A stretch of 64,000 bases of DNA from Kudoa neothunni (taxonomy: Eukaryota; Animalia; Cnidaria): positions 3,671,631 to 3,735,630 of the forward strand of contig OZ199840.1 of NCBI GenBank assembly GCA_964304625.1, in the 5' to 3' direction. This document shows positions 53,587-64,000 of this stretch, piece after piece. Both the position numbers and the translations under genes were made by a program. The number at the start of each line of letters is the position of its first letter. Position 1 is the first letter of the stretch. Under the pieces are notes generated by a model. The model was not told where the DNA came from, ran no database searches, and worked only from the letters and a program-made list of their open reading frames with translations.

Positions 53587-56437
53587 GTATATAGCCTTCT
53601 AGATTAAACTAGGTGTATATCACAACTAAGTGGGATTTAATTAATTTTTTAAATATTTGGATGAAATTTGTTTTAATATAATTTTTAATTTATTGGATCA
53701 AAGAAAAATTGTCAAAAACATTTTTTAGTAAAAATGGAGTGTATTTCGAAGTTAGGCTTTTGTTGAAACAATGATTACAATAAAATCATTAATTACAAGA
53801 TCAGAATTTATTTCATAATAAAATATTGAAGAAATTATCTAATTATAACTTAAATCTATCAATGTAAACATGTCGCAGCAGACTGAATATGCGATTCTCC
53901 TCTAAGTATAACAAAAAGCTACGATTTTGATGATTATATGTTGCATCATCGATTTGTGAAAAAAACTCACTTGATATGACATATTTCGCTTTAGCCTAAA
54001 TTAATGTTTTTTAACTAACAAAAATATTACGTTCTAATGTTTTGATCCATAATTTTAGGGACTGAACGCAAAAATATTAAAACTAATCACTCTGAAGTTC
54101 AGTCTGTTTGTTCGGTGATATTAATAAATCTAGTTGACACTTAAAGCTATTTTCAGGCCAGAAATTTATGAATTTAACATTAGAATTTATATACATATTT
54201 GAAGAAAATTAGTTTAATGGCAGAATCGAATACGCAAAGTCAAAGTTGAGATATACAATCGATTCTTATTAGTGGTGCATCAGCAAAAAGTTTTATCTGG
54301 GGCCAGGTACTCGAAAAAATTGTCGATACTAAAAATATAAAAAAAATATTTTATTTTTGTTCAAAAATTAGATATATCCCTCTCAACAAGTTATATATCT
54401 GAATGAGAATTTTAAAAATGGTGAATGTGATAGAAATTACGTTTTTCTCCAGAACTGTGCTGTTTGATAAATTAGTGAGAGTGCTTGAAGTCACATAATG
54501 CATATAATGGTATAGTAAATGATTACCGTGCTTTTTAAATTATTTAATTAATCCTTGTCAAAATGACAAATTTAGTTGTTTTTATTGTTAAAACATAAAC
54601 ATTTTGAATTCCATTAATGAAGTAAGTAAGAATTATTTTGTTGATTTTTTAAAATAATACTGATTAATATATTTTTGTCTGTAAGTTTAGAATTCAATTA
54701 ACTCAAAATTGTTTGAAATATTTAATAAAATGCTGAATATTCCTATCAACGTTTTTCAAGTGAATAAATTTATGGTATATTTAAATATAAAAAACTGTAT
54801 GTAATCTATTAGATGAATGCGTTCCGGATTTCTGATCAAATTACATCATTAATTTTATTTTGTTTTGTTTTAACTGATTTAAACAATTATATTATTAATC
54901 GAGAAACTGAGACTATTATTCTCATCGAATAATTTATTTTAATCAACTAAATAATTATTTACAATATATCAAAGAGAATGATAAATTAATATAAATGACA
55001 TTATGAGATAAAATAAGATTTTTACTAAACCTATTAATAATATATATTATAATTTTGAATCTTCTTAATATTAAATTAATCAAATGATTTAAAAATGCAT
55101 TCCATGCTCAATTTTGCGATATATATAGTGCAAATAAGAAGTTTATCTCCTTCTTAACAACTTTTAGAGATATTCACTTATATTATTTTAAATTAATCAA
55201 TAAATACTAACTTTTCATTATAATATGAAATATTATTGATACTTTAATAAAATTTAATCAATATCAAACATTACTAAAATTAACCATATATGAATGCGCA
55301 CGCCATTGTATCAGCGAATACTGAAAATTTTTAGTACTCGTTTGAATAAAAGTGGTTTCAATTCAATCTTATGTATAATACATTAAATAATGATTTTAAA
55401 TACTTGAAACCATAGCTCTACATATATATGTGTATAATTCAAATTCTATAATTTGTAAATCAACTAAAAATTTAATTTACATCCATCGTTATAACCATTA
55501 AAATTTTATTTAAAATAATAATATAAAAAATTGAAATTAGAACAGGTTTAAAAAGTATTTTTGGATGATTAAATAGGCTGTAAATAAATTAATTAAATTA
55601 TTTCTAATAAATTGACATATTTCATGATGGATATATGATTTGAAACAAATTTCGTTTCAAATATTTGAACTTTATCTATTTTATAAAATCAATAAAATAG
55701 GGTTTCTTAGATAAAAACATAAAACCGATGATACCGAATACCGAAGCCGCGCTGGAAATATAGCATATTCATACTAAAATTTTATCGCACTCATCATCTA
55801 TGCGCATTTTTTATAATATGCTATAACTACTAAAAATAAATATACAGCATAGGTAGAGCTATGTTGTGGCATAAGATTGATTATTAGAATATTACATAAA
55901 ACTAGAATCGACATTTAGAAAATTTTTATATTACTTTTAATGGATTTATGTAAAAATTTGAAATAATTATTTTTAACTTTATATCAATCATTATCTAAGA
56001 ATTTTAGCGTGTGGCTGACGCCAGCCAACAAGAAATGAACGCACATTGCACTGGAGCTATTGTAATGAATATCTACGTTATTTTAATCAATTTATTTTGA
56101 TTAATATTTATATATGCATTTTTAATCAATAATAAAATCAAAGGATGGAATTTTTTTAAATATTTCGGCCGTTATAAAATCAAAAATTTGATTAGTTACC
56201 GGAATCCTTCTAATAACCAGATCCGTAAACACACCTATATGTTTACTAATAAAAAAAATCTATTTTGATAACGAATAAATAATTAAGACTAAAATGTGAC
56301 GATAATACTTATTCGATGCGTTTATAGGTTTTAACGAGTCAGCCACACCTATAATATAATGAAAGAAATTAGGATCAACATTGCGATTAAACTCTACCGT
56401 GTTACGATCACGGGCTCGGGTAAAATACAGTCTAATA

Positions 56438-59210
56438 ATGAACTCACTTTTCAATTTATTACTCCTAATAATTTTATTAGGTACAAATAATAAATCAAAA
56501 ATTATTTGATATATATTATATTTTTTAGATAAGTGTTTTGGAAATAAATTTTCTCAGAGAAATTCAAAATTGGTGAATTATTTTCAAAATAATAATTAGC
56601 AATAAACTATGTTATAAGTGCTCTTTTACGTTAGGACTATAAAAATCCCCAAAAACTTCGAAGAGCCAACAAAAGATTTCAACTTGATGTTGACTTTTAT
56701 TGTACCTCCTATTTGGTATGTGTTCCTTGGAAAATACCGATAAAAGAACTGACAAATTATAAATAGATGAAAGCTCTTCAAGGAAAGGGTAAAGACTCCA
56801 AAAAATACGTAGATAAACTGATCAGAGATGTCCAGTTTGTATTTATCATATGCCAATTTTTAAATCTAACCTAACACTTCTTGAAGAACTATATGTGGCA
56901 CAATGTAGCAGTACGCATAAGAAAATTAGAAATATGGACCAATGATCCAGTAACCATTTCAACCTCAAATATGAAGACGGCCCATACTCAATTTTTAAAA
57001 TACAATAAACGTAGTAAAGATATGGCAGATATTTCATCGCTTTTGATGTAATTTCATGGACCATTTCAGTTTATAATGCATTTCTATCTAAATAGGGATA
57101 CCGATCCCTCTGCTGGCGGAAACAAATCATTCCTTGGATTTGGAACATTGGCTAGTGTGTGCACTTACGGTGTTTCCGTCTCACAAGTGCTGGCTCCATT
57201 GCTGGGAATGATAACTTACAATTGTTAAGGTTGGTTGGGGAGCACAATGGGATCCCACTTATGGATCTAGAACAGTTGTTCACGAAATAGGGCACAATCT
57301 TGGAATGGACCATGTGAGTATGGCCTATACACATGATATTAACTTTTAACGTTGTAATTTTGCGAATTATGATAATTAAATAGATCGTATTACTCCCAAA
57401 TGCCAATGTACACATTCTCGTTATTGCATCATGATTCCCATGGCATTTTCATGGTAACGATTTATCAATGTTTTTATATTAATCAATATTTGGAGGTACG
57501 AAAAGCTACCACCAGCTTTCCATACTTGTTCTATCGATGTCTTAATTAAATTTGATAAACACAGAGACTGTATTTCAAAGAAAATGCCTCAGACAGTAGT
57601 TTTAGTTCATTGCGTGCCTTAATTTAAATTCAAGTATAAAACAAACGTATGTGGAAACGGTATTGTAGAAGATGGCGAAACTTGCGATTGTGGCTTCAAG
57701 GAGGTAAGAATTTATTAGTAAATTTAAAATTTCTATAATTATTGAAATAGGTTTGTGAAATAGAAAAGAGAGCGACTGGGTGTAAAAACTGCCAAGGCAG
57801 AGATGGCTCCGATAGCGATAATAATGGCAATAATAACAATAATAATAATAATAATAATAATAACAATAATAATAATAATAACAATAACAATAACAACAAT
57901 AATAATAATAATAACGGTCCTACTGATAACTTTGGCGATACTGGTAGACCATGCTCACATGGTGCGTGCTGTAGAAATGGACGAGTAAAATATTAAATGA
58001 GATTATATATTAAATTTTATTACGTTTGAAATCTAAGATATTGACGTCGAGATCTATTTGTCGTCCAGCCAAAGACAAATGTGACATTCCGGAGTATTGT
58101 GATGGTCAAAGTCCACAAGTAAACTTTAATTTATTTGGATATGTGTGCAGTTTTGACTTTTTGGCCAGTGCGTGGCTCCTGATTTGAAGCTAGCAGATGG
58201 CTCCCCTTGCAAAGATGGCGTAACTATTCTGAAACCAGTTTATTTGGTCATTTAACGATTATAAAGGCATTTTGTTTCAATGGAATTTGTCCTTCGAGAG
58301 ATAATATCTGCAAGATTCCTTTTCCAAAATGTATTTTAATAGTTAAACCAATAGTTGTAACTATTACATTTAGCTGAAGGACTTATCAACTCTGACTTGT
58401 GCGATAAGCATGTCACTTTTAAAGAACGTAACTGCAGGGCGCTAAAATCATTCGGAGAAGACACCAACTATTTGTTTTGTAAACTGTACTCTGAAATTTT
58501 TCTTTGAACAAATTTTAATTAAAAATAGAGCTTACAAACAAAACTGTGGTTTAGCTGTTTGCAGTGGTTCGTTTTATTCCACCGAGAAAAAACACAGCTT
58601 TGAGATGAGGTCGCCTGGCTTGGAAAATGCTGAATGCCAGTAACCTCAACATTTTAATTTTTTCACAATAGTGCAATTAACTAATTATAGTTATCCTGAA
58701 GGCCCTATGGATGATAAATTGAGAGTGAAACCTGAAGGAGCACTTTGTCATGACAATAAAGTAATCATCGTCAGTAATTCTTAATTTTGAGTTTGGACTG
58801 ATTACCTTAGATATGTTACAAAAACAAATGTGTGGAAAAAAGTCAAATAAAGGACGCTTGCCAAAATCGATGTCAGCGTGGACAAGTAAACTATCAAAAA
58901 TATTCATCTATCGACAATAATTAAATAAGGTGTGTGTTCAACCTGGTAGATGCATTGCTCTTCCTCAAGCAGGAAATCCACCGTAACTTTCTTTTATTGC
59001 GAGGTGCTTTATTTTTTTATTTAGGCCAACAAATCCAACCAATCCAACCAATCCAACTTATCCTACAAATCCAACTGATGGTGGTATTTTCTTAAATAGC
59101 TTAAATTTACTTAGTTTCTAATAGGTAATAACAAAAACCTGAACTTTTGTGTGGATTCCATGTTTCAAGGGAGAACAAACTCCATTTGTTTTTCTCTGAC
59201 ATCTGAATAG
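56438..59210 (+). CDS. Secreted adamalysin/ADAM-like metalloprotease-disintegrin, paralog D (21 exons)
   Basis: Signal MNSLFNLLLLIILLDKCFG, then HEIGHNLGMDHV, CIMI, CGNGIVEDGETCDCG, N29 and CRPAKDKCDIPEYCDG. These are followed by Cys-rich/EGF-like exons, PTNP and the terminal LNFCVDSMFQGRTNSICFSLTSE-TAG. Confidence 0.9.
57829..57915 (+). repeat. Coding microsatellite encoding 29 Asn in paralog D
   Basis: 87 bp of AAT/AAC. Confidence 0.95.
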
Positions 59211-59461
59211 AAAGATATTACCAGAATAAATACGTTTATTCCGTTAATTAGATTTCGATAGAATTAAGAATTCGAATTTAGTAATATCGTATTAGCCGCG
59301 GGATAGATTTACATTTCCTTATAAATTTATGACTCATTTAATATCTTTGAATTAAAGAAATTTTATTTGACCATTATCAATTTTGAATCATATTTAAAAG
59401 AGTAATATTATGCTATAGAATATTTTGTAAATCTATTCATTATGATTTAAGGTGTGATTAA

Positions 59462-60566
59462 CTCTCTAATGTACTAAAAATCAACCGCACTCTGGTGAAT
59501 TTTGAGAAATAAAAATATGCAAAATCTCAAAGCTAGATTTAGCTGTAAAACAACTAACGTCCCGAGTAGTTATTCTCACAATCCTACGAAAACTGTATTC
59601 GTTAAAATCTGCAATGACAATTTTTCATTATAGCTTAATATTTGAGTATATTTCATATTTATATCATGTAATAAATATTTTAATTATTATTTGAGAAATA
59701 AAATACAATATTAAATGCGAATATGATTTGTAGACACTCAGAGTGAATTTTTCGAAGGTGTTTCGTACATTTAAAACAAACATTAGTGGGTTTCTCATCA
59801 ATATTTCGTAAACTTCATTCCAACCTGAAAAATACGGTTCATTTATTTGGTGTGTTGAGTTAGGGTGGAATAGATAACGTCGAGCTCTTACGATTTTGGG
59901 CCTCAAGGATGTTTCTTTACATTAATGGAAAGATATAGTAACTTTGCAATGTTTTCAAAAACTCTTTCATAACCATATTATCTCCCAGGTATTTTGTACA
60001 TGGAAAACGCATATATAAATAATAACTCTAGTAAATGGAAAAACACTATTATACGACATCTTTACTGATTGTGGGTTGACCCGAATTCTCAAAGTTTTCA
60101 ATATCGTAAGATTCTTACGGCATATCAGTTTTAAAGTATCCATAATCACTTTAAAGGAATTTGATCCATCATTTTAACAATTATAGGTGAAATCCATACC
60201 CATTATCGCAATGATACATTTAAAAAAGAAGGCACGTGTCGCTGATATTGGTAATAACCGTATAACATCAAATTTATCCATCAGATAAACCCAAAATCTA
60301 ATTAATGTAATAATTATTATTTTATCTATCAATTGATATGAAAAAAATCTGGGGTAATCTTTTACCCCAAAAATCCATTGGTGTAAACTTGTTATAATTT
60401 TTCTGATTTTATATTTTTAATCAAAATATTTTAAAATCATGTATGACTCGTCTTTTTTTTTGGGGGGGGGGTTATAAATAAACTTATATCCTACGAAAAG
60501 AAAACAAATCACGTATACAACCGAGAACTTGTTGGAGTAAAAGTTTACCCCAAATTCATTAGATGG
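59462..60566 (-). mobile_element. Possible degraded piggyBac-derived element
   Basis: Imperfect inverted ends (CTCTCTAATG / CCATCTAATG) next to TTAA-like sites. GGGGTAATCTTTTACCCC-type subterminal palindromes lie at about 60351 and 60534. Confidence 0.35.
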
Positions 60567-60681
60567 TTATAAAATTTTTAATAATAAGACTTGGCGCATC
60601 CTTATTTTGATCCGATACAATAAAGTTGTTTTCAGGGGTGTCATTATTACCTATCTTCTATTCCGATTTTAAGCGTTTAAA

Positions 60682-60790
60682 TCAATGTTTCCCACCGGTG
60701 GGCGCGGGAAATCCTGAGTATTGGCGTGACACGGATAATGGTGAGATAATTTGGCAGTATGACGTACGTTGAAGTCAATATTGCGATTTT
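60682..60790 (-). repeat. Fragment of a dispersed (hAT-like) repeat shared with ~42420-42500
   Basis: The reverse complement aligns with 42430-42495 (CCA.ATTAT.TCA.CATTATCC.TGTCAC..CAAT.CTCAGGATT). It begins with the hAT-like CAATGTTTCCCAC. Confidence 0.5.
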
Positions 60791-62559
60791 CGATATCTCT
60801 TATATTTAAGTAACGATTAACATCAAAAAAATACAAAAATTCATGACCAATTATACAAAAATTAATAATAATAATAATAATATTTAACGTGTCCTTCACC
60901 CTAATAGAATCAGAATGGTTTGGATTTCAATCTTGTCTCATTTAGAATAGCTTTTCCCTTTTTTTTTATTAAAGCCAATATGATATTAATTAATTTTGTA
61001 CTTAAATTATTTATTCTCGGTTTATTAGCTCCGTACACACAAAAGACTTTATTAATGAAGATTCGATTATCACGAGTTTTATTTGACGCTGTTTCTGACG
61101 GAATGAAGAACTTATGTTAATTTTTAAGGTCCATCGATAAGTTAAGTTAGATCTAATCGCAACAATTTTAATTTTAATGAGAAAAGAAGTGTAAAGTACA
61201 ACCTCGGACTTCGACCATAATCCGTTCTAGAAGTGTGTTCAAACTCCGAATCAATTTTTCTCGTGTAAAGCGATAAAAATAAGTTTAATCCGTACCCCTT
61301 ATCAAATAAATGACTATTTTTATTCTTATTTATTAAAAAAATATGCACGCGTTGTGTTTATAAAATATAACAATAAATATTAAACATAATAATAAGAATA
61401 CGGTATAGGATGTAACACAAGCTCCGAATTGGGATTCGAACTAGCGTTATTGGCATTAAAAGGCGGTGGTGTCATGTCGCTCTTCTTTTGATCGTTCATA
61501 TTAGGGTTGTACCGATACCCATTCCGTTACCATGTTCTACACATGCCCACCTTTTAAATTTCAATTATTTTAGACGTTTGTTGTATTCTAATGTGATTAC
61601 GCTAAAATTATAGTAATAATTAAAAAAAGTTTAATTTCACCAAAATTAACTGATTGTACTTAAAAGGGAACCTAACTGATTGTGGTAACACAATCGAGAT
61701 TGGATATTGTGTGGATTTTTGGGACCTACAAAAAACCACACAATAAAATGTTTTTACGTAATATCCAGTTTCATGCGTGCGCGTTACATTGTAAAATACG
61801 ATTTTCTTGTGCTTACATTTGATGACTATTCCTACAAACACACTTGGTTAAAACACAGGTAATATAGAGTTAAATTAAGGAAGAGTTATTAAATTTTGTC
61901 AAAAAATCTTGTGATTTTTGTGTGTCGAAAGCTTTGCATTGATATTTTTTAAATTCCGTCCTCTATGGGATATGAATTAACCAATCCGGATGGAGCCTCT
62001 TGAATTAAAACTTTTATTAAAATGTTAACCATATTTTTTATTTATTTGATTAAACTTTTGACTTTTTTAATAATTAGTTCTATAACATCAGATTAACCAT
62101 TGTGGGCAATACGTCCACATGATTTTTATTCTCACAATTTTATAGTTATTATTTTGAGCTGAATTTTTGTTCGCCCTATTCCTTTATTGTATTATTAAGA
62201 ATAATGAAAAAAGAAATGCGAGAAACATGCATAAGAGGACGTTTTTTAGGTGCCACATACTTTACCATTACCTGATGTTTTATTGACATGCCTAATGAAT
62301 ATTGCAAACCTAATTTTTTTGTACTATTCAATGTTGAAGTGCGTAAAGATTTATAAAAATGTAAGAATAATTTTAAAGATATCTTGACACATTATTCTTC
62401 ATTATATACTGGTTTTAAAAGACGAAATTTTATTGGTATTGGGGAAACCCTATTTATTACTAGTTTCATTAGGAAATACAATTAAAAATAATGTTCTTAT
62501 ATTACTAAAATGATAGATATCGAAAGAATAAAACATTCATTAAAGCTTTAAACATGATT

Positions 62560-62900
62560 CATAATTCCAACTCACCAAGCGAATTGTGGAAATACGGAAA
62601 TACGTTCCATAAACTAAATAATAAAAATTAAAAGAAATTTACTTCAAACTTGTTTCTATCTTTGGAACAACTTATTGCTCTGAGTTTATTTATTTAACGA
62701 CGAAATTTCTAAAATCGGAGCATCGCAGACCTTTCACAAACAAACACCTGACGGAACGAATCCGTACAGCGTTAGTAGCGGACGGACCAGATTACCGTCA
62801 GCTCACTGATAATATGGAAACATAAAAACTTGTATCATCAGCAGCAATTTCGAAAAAATTTTGTTCGAAAACTTTAAATTCTTGTGTCATTACTTTATTC
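62560..62900 (-). pseudogene. Possible remnant of a hAT transposase dimerisation domain
   Basis: Decayed motifs CERS and NKLRA on the minus strand, with TAGGGTTG-like ends at about 61502 and 63240. The evidence is weak. Confidence 0.3.
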
Positions 62901-64000
62901 ATGAAGATTTAATTTTATTTATTGTCAGACTACCATAAATGATTAAATATGAAAAAAATTTTAATATTTGTTCGAACTTTATTTTAAAGGAAAAGTTCCA
63001 TGGATCATTAGCAACTAATTTACTTTGTTTGAAAAACCGTCATAAAGTATACCTGTAAAAATTATATGTAAGTTTCCTAGCGAGTAACCGAATAAGAAAA
63101 GATAAAAAACCTTTATTTCTATTCTACAACATTTTATTTGAACGTTCATCAAAAATTTGCCAAAAATGTATGTTTAAATAAGAAATAGACACATAAATGA
63201 TTTTAATGCCTTGTGGCTCGTAAAAATTTGGGCAACCTTAAAGTTGGCTCCCGATCTGGGCAAGTCTGGTCATCCCTGTAATATAATAATAATAATTAGA
63301 ATTAGAATTAGTAATTAAAAGTTTTATGAATGAATATATTTTACATATTAATAATAATCCAGTAAACTTAAATATAAGAACTTTACAGGTTGATTTCAAA
63401 ATTATATTTACATAAACTAAAACTTTTACGGTTCTAATAAAAATACTCATTCTATAAATCAAATAAATTTACATTATTATTCAAAAAATATAAAAATAAA
63501 ACATTCCCATATATATTTTCCCATCAGTCATCCTTGGGCATCAAAATAGATATCATTCAAGAATAGACTCTATTTATTATAACTAAGCATAATATATGAA
63601 GTAATTAATAAAGAGAATGAGGTTTGATTATAATTTATTATTACAATTATTTTAAGGTTTAAATTTTTATGGGATTATCTTATATTAATTTTGTGATGTA
63701 TTTTAAAGTAATAAATAAATCGACGTAACCATGTCTAGGACCCCAAGATTTTAAGTCTTACTGATAATCGTTTAACTCCTAAGCGAATTTTAGAATACAT
63801 TAAAATTAAGGAATAAAACAATTTATAAATATTTCTCATTCATCTACAATTTAACCCCACTTTAACAATGACAATTTTTCACAGATGAGACTTTAGGCGA
63901 TCATTATTAAGTTATTGTTATGCCAGTAGTAACATTATGATACTAAGAAATGAATAAAAAGAATTTTTTGACTTTTTTATATAGATTTATAAAATAAATA

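Overview
This is very AT-rich eukaryotic (probably animal) nuclear DNA. Most introns are tiny GT-AG introns of about 38-60 bp; a few are expanded to 1.7-5 kb by DNA transposons. Four housekeeping genes are present: an NDR/STK38 kinase (-), a kinesin-14 KIFC1/Ncd-like motor (+), proteasome subunit PSMB4 (+) and NADH-cytochrome b5 reductase (-). The main content is a cluster of four paralogous adamalysin (ADAM/reprolysin M12B, SVMP-like) genes that I spliced by hand: A (-, 15860-20469), B (+, 25338-31215), C (+, 49713-51468) and D (+, 56438-59210). All four have a signal peptide, essentially no prodomain, an intact HEXXHXXGXXH + CIM catalytic domain and no transmembrane segment. All four also have a poly-Asn microsatellite inside the disintegrin domain and a small conserved 2-Cys C-terminal exon. 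The block between the poly-Asn tract and a downstream Pro-Thr-Asn repeat behaves like an exchangeable cassette: about 99% identical in A and B (a 3.5-kb inverted duplication), homogenised earlier between B and D, and cleanly missing from C. The rest of the window is dense with transposons. These include many piggyBac-family elements (one full-length, with a single nonsense codon), pogo/Tigger-like, Tc1/mariner-like and hAT elements, and a tRNA-derived SINE. I recognised no rRNA, tRNA gene or CRISPR array. Exon boundaries and identity estimates were made by eye.
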